Positions 21,746-31,861 of a DNA stretch of 35,418 nucleotides are shown here, piece after piece. Within the stretch, counting starts at the first letter, position 1, and each line of letters opens with the position of its first letter. Under the pieces are notes generated by a model that searched no databases, was not told the DNA's origin, and worked only from the letters and a program-made list of their open reading frames with translations. Made by a program: the position numbers and the translations under genes. Source of the stretch: Fonticula alba ATCC 38817 (lineage: Eukaryota; Protista; Nucleariida); assembly GCA_000388065.2 (NCBI GenBank), contig KB932202.1, one strand, 5' to 3'.

Positions 21746-24432
21746 ATGATCCTCCCACGGGGGATTGTCGCCCTCGGAAGAGGTGCCCTCGGCGGCTCCC
21801 GCGACCGGCCGGTCGCACGTGCCGCCCTGGCCGCACAGGTGGTGGCCACCCGTGCAGCCTCGACTACCGCACACCCGGGCCCCGGGCCGGCCGGGCCCGC
21901 TTCAGTCATCGGGGCTTTCCCCCGGGGTGGTGCCGACACCCTGTCCGAGGGCCAACTCCGCTTTCTCCGTACCCCGGACACGAGCAGTCCAGTGGCCCCG
22001 GTGAAGATCGGCTCCTTTGTCCGCCTCGCACGGCGGATCCTCTCGCAACAGGCCCGCGCCGCGCGGCTCGACGGGCAGGGGCATCCGGCAGAGGCGGCGG
22101 CTGCGCGCCAGGCCGCCGAGCACCTGCGCCAGACTCTCATCACCTGCCCCGAGGCCGGCCCCGCCCTGCGAGAGCTCCAGCGCTCGACGTCTCCCTACTT
22201 CCGGGATGTCGGGCCGCTGGCCGAGCTGCGGCCCTGGTCCGTGAACCGGGTCAACCAGCTGGCCGAGGCGCGGCACCTGGCCGGCACACATTATGGCCTG
22301 GCGGTGGCGGCTCTGTGCAGCTCGCTTGTGTCCAGTCCCGAGTGCATCCTCCGGGAGCTGGGCCTGCCAACCATCCCCCCGGATGCCATCCTCCCGGAAC
22401 ACTTGGATCTGGAGGACCCGGCCGCCGGCCTGGTCCTGTCCAGCCTGTCGCCCATGCCCCCTGCGGCCGTGGCCCACATGCATCACATCGTGGAAAGTAC
22501 GCGCTGTCGGCTTGGAAGCATTCCCCCCCCCCCTTCCCTCCCCCCCCATCTGCCCTCCTCTTCCACATGGCCCGGGTCCCACCATGCCTCTAACCGCCGG
22601 GTGCTGCCGCTACTGTGGCGATGGACACGATTGCCATGTAGATTTCCCCCAAATGATTGATGAGGCATGTAGGCTGCCCTTTGTCGTGGACCGCACGCAC
22701 CAAACTTTCATGGTGGTCGACGACATCACGACCGTGGACCATGATGATGCCATTTCTGTCGAGTGCGTGCCCGGTCCAAGGCAACATGGCTCTTGCCTTT
22801 TGCCGGCGCGCTGGCCAGCGCCCCGACAAACAGTCCGATGCTTGCGCCTGACAAATGTCCCCCCCCCCCCCCCCCCCCCCCCTCGACCATGGCATGCAGA
22901 TACGATGCCGCCAGTGGCCACACGACGATTTTCGCACACATCGCCAGTCCGAGCCTCTTTATTCCCTTCGACTCGCCGCTGGAGCAGCATCTCCGCGCGC
23001 GGGGATCATCCATCTACCTCTCCAAGTCACGGGTGCCCATGCTGCCGCCGGAACTTACGCGCCTGCTCTCGGTCCTGCCCATCCCCGGGCTCGCCGAGGA
23101 TCGTGCCCTTGCCCTGACCATGGCAGCTACCATCGACCAGGAGGGGGCCATCCTGGACACCGGACTCTCGGTGTCGGTGCTGCGCCGCTCCCAGGGCCGG
23201 CGGCTGACCTACAATGCGCTGGATGCGCTGCTGGCCCGTGAGAGTGGTGTTCAGGACTCGGGCCCCGAGCCGGCCCTGCTCCCCGAGGAGGAGACCCTGC
23301 TTCAGGACCTGGGCTCGGACGCCACGCGGGTAGCCCTCCTCCAGGATGCATCCCGGCTGCTGGCAGCCACGCGCACCTTCCGCGCGCACCGACAGCAGGC
23401 CACGCCGACTGTTTCCATGGGCCGGGTGTCTTTGCGCCGCGGGGAGGCCGAGCTTCGGGTGAACGGGGTGTTGGCCCGGCAGGAGGCGCTGATCCCGACG
23501 CGCGATGGGACAACCACCTCGCCGGCCGACGAGCTGGTCAGTGAGTCGATGATCCTCGGCAACTTCGTGGCCGCTACCTGGGCCCGGGGCCAGGGGATTC
23601 CCTTTGTCTTCCAGAGCCAACGGTCGCAGCCTGGGCTCCTGCCGGCGGCTTTGCGCGAGCAGGTTGCTCGGTCCTCTGCCGCCGGGCCCTTGGACCTCAC
23701 TTTTTCCGAGCGCCAGTACGTGCAAGAGCTTCTCCCGCTCCTCCTCCTCCTCCTCCTCCTCCTCCTCCTCCTCCTCCTCCTTTCCGTGGCCCCGTGGCCC
23801 TCCTTCTTCTCGGGCTGAGCTTCCCTACAAGCATCCTCCTCTCCCCTGTACTGACGATGTGTCTCCCCTTGCATGTGCGCATGAAGGCTATTCTTCCAGG
23901 CCCAAGACGCCGGCACCTATGGCTTGACCCCGATGCGCCACTCGCTTCTCGGTTTGAAGACCTATGCCCAGGTGACCTCCCCCCTTCGGCGGTATATGGA
24001 TGCCCTGTGTCACTACCAGGTATGGCCCCTTTTCTCTCTCCCTTTCTCTTTCTTCTCTCTCTCTCTCTCTCTCTCTCTGGCTTCTCTTTGGCCTCTCTGC
24101 CGCTGGTGGAGAGCATGGGAGGGAGACGCCGATGCATGCGCTCCGTGCTTTGGCCCTGCCTAACAACGAACCTCCCCTCTTTGGCGGAATGACAGATTCT
24201 CAGCCATCTCGCCGGGCGCTCGCCCCTCTCGGAGGATGAGCTTCAGCCCCTTATGGCTCATGGCTCTCTGAAACAACGTGCGGCTCGCACTGCCAGTACC
24301 ACCTCTGAGCGATACTACACCGCCAAGTTTTTCGGTACGCTCCCTCTCGTATCACACGGCCGCCTACATCTCCACACACGTATACACACACGTATACACA
24401 CACGTATACACACACGTATACACACACGTATA

Positions 24433-24498
<66 letters not shown>

Positions 24499-25010
24499 TG
24501 CATGCATGCATGCGCACGCATCATTCACTCACACAATCTCGAATGATGCCAGATGGCTGGCCACGCGAGAGGCCCATCTCCGCTCGAGTGATGACCGTGC
24601 AGCCTGCCTCCGATGTGTCACCTCCTTTGGACCAGCTCTGGCTTGCGGACCCGGCGCGTAACCCAGCTCTGGCCCCGGGCGGCTATGCCACCTCTCCGAC
24701 CTACAATGTCACAGCCACTCCGGCCAGCCCCCAAGCCCCGGACTACCTGGTCAATATGGCGGCCTTCCGCCGGCCCCCCCGTCAGATGGCCGAGATCACC
24801 GCCCAGCTGGAGCCCTTTGGCTTGGAAGTGACGGTTCTCAGCGGCCCGGCCGATGCGAGTACCGGTCCGGCGTCTCTGCCCAAACCTGGTGACACTATCC
24901 AGCTGTACGTCAGCGGGGTCAACCTGCAGAGCATGCGGGTGTCCTTTGTGTTGGCTGCACCGGCGGCCGGCGCGCCGGGCATTGCCTCTTCCCTTTCCTC
25001 CTCCCCCTGA
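21746..25010 (+). CDS. DSS1: RNB-domain (RNase II family) 3'-5' exoribonuclease with predicted mitochondrial presequence, Dss1-like; 805 aa, 6 exons
   Basis: Exons 21746-22496, 22642-22762, 22900-23715, 23887-24019, 24196-24334, 24553-25010 = 2418 nt in one frame. Catalytic [67 protein letters not shown], and an S1-like C-terminal [16 protein letters not shown]-terminus [30 protein letters not shown] is Arg-rich. The family call is firm; the orthologue name is less certain. Confidence 0.85.
24373..24521. repeat. 149-bp perfectly alternating purine-pyrimidine compound microsatellite: (CACACACGTATA)5-(CA)n-(CG)n-(CA)n-(CATG)n, in intron 5 of the RNB gene
   Basis: Read directly. The five 12-nt units span 24373-24432. 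Confidence 0.92.
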
Positions 25011-25448
25011 ATTTAGAATGCCACGTCCTCTCCCGGGCACCAAAAGGCACAGGGGGAACCCGACGCACAAGGCCCCCCCTCCCCCCTCCCGAGCAGAAGG
25101 TGCACGGCACGATCACCCCGGTCACGGCGGCGATCGAGCTAACCACGTGCCCGGTGCATTATGCCTAAACGGTGTTCTCATATCTCTGATTAAACATCAC
25201 TGAGTAGGTGCCCACGAATGTCCCGTACATCATTGGCACTCGGGGACGCGCACCGCCGCGGCGCTCCGAACCCACAATCCCTAGACGCGCCCACGCTGGC
25301 CCGGGTGCCGCGGGGGCGAGGCAAGACGGATGATCGAGCCCGCTTCGTCAGTCCCTCTTTGCTTTCCTCCGTCCCTGTCAAGAGCATCGCTGTTCACCAC
25401 CACTGCCTGGAGGGGGGAGGCGGTAAGTGCCCCCTGGAGTTGCCCTCA

Positions 25449-25859
25449 CCCCCCCCCCCCATCCCCTCTACCCATTCCAATAAAGCTCCTTTTGAACTGC
25501 CCATTCTGCTTGGGGTGGGGAACAATTTCCGACATCGGTGCTTTTGTGCGTGTCCCCCACCCCGCGGTCATCAGAGGGGAAGCGCCGCAGAGAGCTTGTG
25601 CGCGCGCGCGCGCGCTTGCGCGTACACACGCGCGCTCGCGCGCACCAGGCTGGCACCATCATCCGGTGAACCCGTTGCACGTCTGAAAAGCCATCACTAT
25701 CTGGCAAATACAGTCAGAGGACCGACCCGGAGCTGCCGACTGCATGCTATCGATGAGTCCCAGGCTGCTGTGACGCTCGTCACACCCCTGGCCCTGTGGC
25801 ATCAGACGTTGGGCCCGAGAGGAGGGGGGGAGAGCGAGGGAACCGCCGGGATTCCCCCC
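25449..25859 (+). repeat. 411-bp direct repeat, copy 1 (identical to 28462-28872)
   Basis: Matches copy 2 base for base at offset 3013. Bounded by poly-C at both ends and contains AATAAA near its 5' end. Confidence 0.9.
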
Positions 25860-26285
25860 TCCCCCCCCCCCCGCTCCAGGTGCAACAGGAGAATGAGTAT
25901 GTCCTGCGAACATGGCAGGCACACATATATCCTACACAGAGAGTGGCTCCCTGCACAGACACGCGAGCACAGGGGCACAGGCGCATACACTTCCACATAC
26001 ACATCTCTGCCTTTGCAGCCACACCTGCCGAACGGCCGCAGGCGAAATGCAGCAAGTGGACGGCCTGAGGAGATGAGACTCCTGGATGTCTCCTGCGGAT
26101 TGGTCTCTGACACGGAAGCACAGCGGTGTGCCCAGGAAGGCTCGATCCATGGCTCTAGGCCAATATGCAAGGGCATGCCTTTGTGAGATCGCAGGGAAGA
26201 GGGGGAGGCCGGGAGATTGGGACCGAGAGAGAGAGAGAGAGAGGGGGGGGGGGGAGGGGGGGAGTCCGGACTTTGCCTAGAGAAT

Positions 26286-26495
26286 TCAGGATATCCTGAC
26301 GATGCCGGCCTGCCATACCAGGGTCCAGCCCAATGGTGATCGTACAGCACGCTACCCCCATAGGGGGCGGATATGTCCTGATCTCTCGCCTCCTCCTTCT
26401 TTCCCCCCCCCCCCCCCCCCCCCCCTCCGTACCCTCCTCCGTCCGGGCATTGGACACGGCGGGAGCTCGGAACCCCCCGCGCCGGGCTATAAAAG
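26286..26495 (+). promoter_or_regulatory. Promoter of the His-rich secreted protein gene: 14-bp palindrome, CCAAT, GC box, TATA box
   Basis: TCAGGATATCCTGA at 26286-26299, CCAAT at 26330-26334, GGGGCGG at 26364-26370 and TATAAAAG at 26488-26495, in canonical order about 260 nt upstream of the ATG at 26752. Confidence 0.6.
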
Positions 26496-26751
26496 AGGCC
26501 CCGCCTCGCACCTCCAACGGTTTGAGATCCAGACAAGCAATCCGCCTCCCGCCCCTCAGCCCAGCCAGTCTGAACTGAGAAAAACCGCCCCCTCGCGCTC
26601 CTCTTTCCCTCGCCTCTTTGCCTTTCCTCAAATCCGAGAAAATCCCCAGTCGCATCGTCGGTCGCTCCTCGCCGCACACCCTTCCTAGTTTAGGTCCTTT
26701 AGATTAGGCCTCATAGCTCCTAGAACTTCAGCCTTAGACCTCCCGTAGACC

Positions 26752-28158
26752 ATGTCGTACCTTCTTCGTGCCACCATCCTGGCCCTGCTGGCCGTGGTCC
26801 TGCTCCAGGCGGAGGCCACCATCGCTGGGGACCCCAAGGGCACTGCCTCTCCGCCGAATAAGAAGCCGGGCCATGGCCACCACCACGGCCACCACCACGG
26901 CCATCACCACGGCCACCACCACGGCCACCACCACGGCCACCACCATGTCCACCACGGCCACCACGGCCACCCCGAGCACCATCACGGCCACCCCGAGCAC
27001 CACCACGGCCACCCCGAGCACCACCACGGCCACCCCGAGCACAAGAATGGCCGCCAGCCCCGCCACGACTACACCTCCATCCACGCGGCCGGTGCCAAGA
27101 CCAAGACCAAGACCAAGACCAAGACCAAGAACCGCACTGGGCAGTTCCTGCTGAAGCACATCCACCCGGTTGGCTCGAAGCCCTCCGGGCCGAAGCCCCC
27201 GCAGCATCGCGAGTGCGAGTGCCCCGCTGACACCGCGCTCTACTGCTTCGAGGATGCCAAGACCTGCCAGAAGATCAAGTTCCCCCCGGGCCCGGGGCAG
27301 TTCCACTCGGCCACCAGCGTGTCCAAGTGCCTGGCCAACGGCTGGGCGGTGTACGCTTGCTCCAGCGAGCCGAATGTCTGCCGCAACGCCAAGACCTGCA
27401 AGGTCATCGGCGAGGGCACCGGGTCCCAGGACCCCCACTTCAAGGGCTTCAACGGCGCGGACTACTATGTGGAGGGCCTGCCCGGGCGCACGTACAACAT
27501 CCTCACCGACACCGACCTGCAAGTGAACGCCCAGTTCACCCGGCTCACCGGCCTGGCCGGCACCTACATGGGCCGTGTGGGCATTCTCCTTGGTGCCCAT
27601 GCCATCGGCTTCGACCCGGCCTTCGGGGCCTTCCTCAACGGCACCCACATGGCGGACGGCCTTTCGCTCGAGCTGCCCGAGGGCGATGTCGTGTACGAGG
27701 TGGTGGACGCCCGCCCGCGGCTGACCGTCCGCAGCGATGCCTACCAGCTGGTGGCCCGCGCGGTGGTTGAGCGCAACCTCCTGGAGGAGGCCTACGTCAA
27801 CCTCCATGCCAGCCTCATCGGGACTCCCCACCGGCCGCATGGCATCCTCGGCCAGACTGCCCAGTTCCTGGTGGCCCCGCCAACCGCCGGTGCTCAGGAC
27901 ACTCGCCGCAAGCCCAAGCGCCCGCACATCAACGGCCCCGCCTCCGAGGACACTGGCCGCGCCGCCGGCAATGACGGCGCTGCCTTCCACATCGAGGGTA
28001 CCGATGCCGACTACGAGGTGAAGGATGGCCTCTTCGGGTATGACTTCGTCTTCAACAGCTACAACCTGGACCAGGCCCGTGCCTTGCCTCAGGATGGCGG
28101 GTCCCAGCGCCGCGCCAACGCCCGGTCTCTCTTCGAGGCCTCGGTCGACATGAACTAG
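26752..28158 (+). CDS. Secreted 468-aa protein: signal peptide, His-rich repeats, (KT)5, 8-Cys domain, C-terminal DPH-initiated VWD/ITIH-C/root-cap-like domain; intronless
   Basis: Clean ORF with very strong C/G-ending codon bias and ACCATG start. Signal peptide MSYLLRATILALLAVVLLQAEA. C-terminal domain motifs DPHFKGFNG..YYVEG.PG..YNILTD..LQVNAQF, TYMGRVGI, PHGILGQT, IEGTDADYEV..GLF..DF.F. Confidence 0.92.
   Translation: MSYLLRATILALLAVVLLQAEATIAGDPKGTASPPNKKPGHGHHHGHHHGHHHGHHHGHHHGHHHVHHGHHGHPEHHHGHPEHHHGHPEHHHGHPEHKNGRQPRHDYTSIHAAGAKTKTKTKTKTKNRTGQFLLKHIHPVGSKPSGPKPPQHRECECPADTALYCFEDAKTCQKIKFPPGPGQFHSATSVSKCLANGWAVYACSSEPNVCRNAKTCKVIGEGTGSQDPHFKGFNGADYYVEGLPGRTYNILTDTDLQVNAQFTRLTGLAGTYMGRVGILLGAHAIGFDPAFGAFLNGTHMADGLSLELPEGDVVYEVVDARPRLTVRSDAYQLVARAVVERNLLEEAYVNLHASLIGTPHRPHGILGQTAQFLVAPPTAGAQDTRRKPKRPHINGPASEDTGRAAGNDGAAFHIEGTDADYEVKDGLFGYDFVFNSYNLDQARALPQDGGSQRRANARSLFEASVDMN
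26869..27042 (+). repeat. Coding tandem repeats: 6 x 12-nt GHHH units, then ~4 x 21-nt GHPEHHH units
   Basis: GGCCACCACCAC x6 (26875-26946) and GGCCACCCCGAGCACCAYCAC units from 26965. 37 His in 58 residues. Confidence 0.95.
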
Positions 28159-28461
28159 CGCGGCCGCTGGCCCTGGTGCGGCAGGCATATCGGAGAGTGT
28201 GGCGCCTGTGGGCGTGTGCCGCTGGAGCTTTCGTCCGCCCCGCCCCCCTCCTGCACCTCCTCCGTGCGCGTCTTTCCCGAATCCGGCGATGGTCGCCGGG
28301 GGTAGCCCATGCGGATCGAGCAATCTCCGCCATCGCTACCTCCCCCTCCACTTCCTGTGGGCCACAGAGCCCCTGGCGATGTTCATATTCCCGCCGGCTG
28401 CCGGCCGTGGCCCAGCATTCACCCCAGCCCAACACCCCCCCCCCCCCCCCCNNNNNNNNNN

Positions 28462-28872
28462 CCCCCCCCCCCCATCCCCTCTACCCATTCCAATAAAGCT
28501 CCTTTTGAACTGCCCATTCTGCTTGGGGTGGGGAACAATTTCCGACATCGGTGCTTTTGTGCGTGTCCCCCACCCCGCGGTCATCAGAGGGGAAGCGCCG
28601 CAGAGAGCTTGTGCGCGCGCGCGCGCGCTTGCGCGTACACACGCGCGCTCGCGCGCACCAGGCTGGCACCATCATCCGGTGAACCCGTTGCACGTCTGAA
28701 AAGCCATCACTATCTGGCAAATACAGTCAGAGGACCGACCCGGAGCTGCCGACTGCATGCTATCGATGAGTCCCAGGCTGCTGTGACGCTCGTCACACCC
28801 CTGGCCCTGTGGCATCAGACGTTGGGCCCGAGAGGAGGGGGGGAGAGCGAGGGAACCGCCGGGATTCCCCCC
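28462..28872 (+). repeat. 411-bp direct repeat, copy 2 (possibly an assembly duplicate)
   Basis: Identical to 25449-25859. Starts immediately after a 10-N gap and is followed by C-degraded sequence. Confidence 0.85.
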
Positions 28873-28954
28873 CCCCCCCCCCCCCCCCCCCCGTGGGCCC
28901 CCGGCGCCCCTGGGTGTTTTCAATCCCCCCCCCCCCCCCCCCCGGGCCCCCCCA

Positions 28955-28992
<38 letters not shown>

Positions 28993-29374
28993 CCCCTCCT
29001 CCCTGTTCCCTGGTCGTCTTTTGCTTGGGGAGATGGCGCCAGCTGTTAGCCTCCTTGAAGGGGACAGTATCCGATGGCGGTGCCACAGCCTCTCCCCCCT
29101 GAGACGGAAAGGGGCAAGGGAACTTAGATTAGTGTAAAATAGATTAGGACCCTCTTTAAGGCCAGCCATGCGCTGTATGCTCTCCAGCAGGGAGGGGGAG
29201 CACTTGGACATTGGCGAGGGAACAAAAGAAGAGGGATGTCGGCGCGCAAGGCCAGGCACGGGCATGCGAGGAACGGCGCTGAGGAAAGAGGGAACGGGGG
29301 AGGGGAGAGAGAGAGAGAGACCGAAGGAGGGGCCATGGCCAGCGAGACGGAGACAAAAAAGGCGGGGGGGGGGC

Positions 29375-31861
29375 TCAGCTAGACGCCTCTGGAGCAGTGC
29401 CCTTGGCAGCGTCAATGCCGGCAGAGGCAGGCTCGTCGGCGGTCAGGTGCGCCTGGTCCCACACGTAGCTCATAAGGATCGAGTGCCGGTCGACATAGTC
29501 CAGGAACTCGGCAAACTGGTCCTCCTGCTCGGCCTCCACCATGCTGGGGTAGATCTGCGACTGCTTGAATGCCGCAATGGTCTCCTGGTGCGTGATGTTC
29601 CAGTCCAGGGGCGGCTGCTCGGAGTTGATGCTGATCAACCGGCGCGAGTAGGACTCGAAGAGGATCTGCGGGGGGGACAGGCCGACGGGGGAGGCTGTCA
29701 GATGTGGCGAGGAGGGGGAGGAGGAGGAGGAGGAGGGGGGGGGGAGGCCTAAAATAAAGCACAAGACACCAAGGGGGCCCCTCGAGACCGTACCTGATCC
29801 AGGAAGAGACCAGCCCCCGGGGCGCGGGGGACAAAGCACGCCTTGGAGCCCAGGGTCAGGCTGATGCAGCCTTCGGGCGCGCCGACACGCAGCAGAGCCA
29901 CCACCAACCCCACCATCCGACGGATCTGATGCATCATGAAGCTCTGGCCCTTCACCTGCAGGGGCACCCACTCCACGCCGTCGATGATGCGCGGCTCGGC
30001 ACACTGCGGCCGAAAGGCGATCGCAGAAAGGGCAGAGAAAAAGGCAGGCAGAAGCAGTCAAGCAGGCCAGGGTGGGGGGGGGGGGGGGGCGGGGGGACGT
30101 CAGAATACAACCCGGCGACCGGGAAATCCGAGGAACAATGACCGTGTCCCGGCGATGCGGGCTATTGGACGCACCCGGAACCAGTGGATGATGCGCTTGG
30201 CCGACGGGTCGGTCGGCAGCTTGCCAGAGGTGTAGTTGTGGAAGTTCTTGGTCCCCTCATACTGCCGAAGGAAGAGGCGGACACGGTCCAATAGAGCCGC
30301 ATCGATGCGGAAGGCGGCCCGGTCGGCCGGCGAGATGAACGGGCTGTTCTCCAAGTCCCGCGGAGGGATGTACTTAATGTCGGCGAAGGCGCCGAGGTCG
30401 GTGGCGACATCCTCCGTCCCGAGCTCGGAGTCCGACTCGGGGCCGCTGTCATCGTCGCCATCGCGATTTCCGCCGCGACGCTTGGCGGCCCGGCGCTTGG
30501 GGGGAGCCGCGGCAGCCGGAGCCGCCTCGACTTCGGTGGCCGCCGGGGCCGCCGGCTCCGAGCCGGGGGCCGGCTGCGCGGCATGCATCGCTTGCAGGGC
30601 TCGCGCCGCGGTCAAGGCCCGCTCGGCCGACTCCGGATTCGGGGCAAACATGTACGTCGGGATGAGGTACTCATAGACACGCGCATCGCAGTGATTCTTC
30701 GCATGGAAGGAGTTGATGGTCCGGCGAATGTCGATCACGGCGATGTCGGCCGGCAGGAGCTCATTAAGCTTGCGGATCGTCTCGCCAATGACCTCCGGCT
30801 GGAAGACCATCTTCAGCGAGACCACCATTCCAGCCGCATGGACGCCACGATCGGTGCGCGCGGCTCGCATAAACTTGAACTTCTGCGGGCAGTCCAGGTT
30901 CCCGGCCGGCACGAGGTTGGCCCCGACCAGCGCCTGGAACAGCTCCTTCTCAATGGTGGGAAGCTCCTTGTTGCTGCAGGTCGATTGCGGATATTCATTC
31001 GCGTGTGTGTCCGTGTGTGTGTGTGTCCGTGTGTTTGTGTGCGTGTGCGTGTGTGTGCGTCAGAGGGGGAGGGAGGGAGGGAGGGAGGGAGAAGAAGCAC
31101 GGATGTGTGTTTGGGTGCCGGAAAAGGGGCGCTCAAGCAGGAGAGGGTCGGCCGGGACCAACTCAACAGGGCGAACGTACATCTGCATGCCATGGTAGTT
31201 GCGCCCGGAGAAGGCCACCAGCATGGCCACCTTCCGACGGGGAAGGCGTCGGCCCTCGGCATCACGCGGGATATCGGTGTCGATGTCATCGTCACTGTCG
31301 TTCGGGTCCCGGGAGAAGGCGCGCTTCCGGTTGTTGGACATCTTCTTCTTGCGGGCACTGTGCATGGAGGAGCAAGGGGGAGTTGAGTGTGTCAGCCGAC
31401 GAGGCCGAAGTCCCGCAGAGGGGAGGAAGGCGCGCGCATGGAGGAAAAGGTGATCGAAGTACATACGGCTTGCCGGTGCTGTCGGTGTCGGACTCGGTGT
31501 CATCCAAAGGGCGCTTGGTGCCGGTGGTGGTGACATCATCATCGGCCATGGTGGCACTCACAACGCCAGCCACGGTGGATGACATCGGGGCATCAGTCAT
31601 GACAGGGCTCTGGGCAAGCGACTCGTCGGTGGACATGCTCTTGTGGCTGCTGCTGGAGAAGAAGGCGGCAGGGGCCCGGAAGGGGGAGGGAAGTGAAAAG
31701 ACGTGAGGGGCCGACTGGGGGCCGTTCAGATTCGAGCGCTGGGAGAGGTGGAGGCGGCGCCGGTGAAGAAGCGGCAGGATGGCCGGCGGAAGTGGAGCAG
31801 CGAAGGAGGGCAGGCGGCAGATGAGTCGAGACGGTGGGAGAGCGCGAATCGTCGAGAGCAT
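29375..31861 (-). CDS. PUS1: tRNA pseudouridine synthase 1 (TruA family); 623 aa from the first ATG, 548 aa from the second; 5 exons
   Basis: Exons 31861-31467, 31357-31181, 30973-30175, 30003-29794, 29665-29375 = 1872 nt. Motifs RRKVAMLVAFSGRNYHGMQ, catalytic RAARTDRGVHA, FHAKNHCDARVYEYLIP, YEGTKNFHNYT, VKGQSFMMHQIRRMVG, PRAPGAGLFL. All junctions are GT-AG and frame-consistent. Confidence 0.93.

Noticed and set aside
23716-23818. Poly-Leu hydrophobic C-terminus on the RNB ORF
   Set aside because: It is a (CTC)n microsatellite inside intron 3. Splicing 23715 to 23887 restores the conserved TSPLRRY motif.
26875-27048. CRISPR-like repeat array
   Set aside because: The units are contiguous in-frame coding repeats without unique spacers, in a eukaryotic gene.
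26734-28323. 529-aa minus-strand ORF with Val-rich repeats
   Set aside because: Antisense shadow of the His-rich gene (CAC codons read as GTG).
25449-28872. LTR retroelement or composite transposon
   Set aside because: No TG..CA termini, primer-binding site, polypurine tract, target-site duplication or gag/pol/transposase. The enclosed gene is a secreted host-type protein, and copy 2 shows signs of misassembly.
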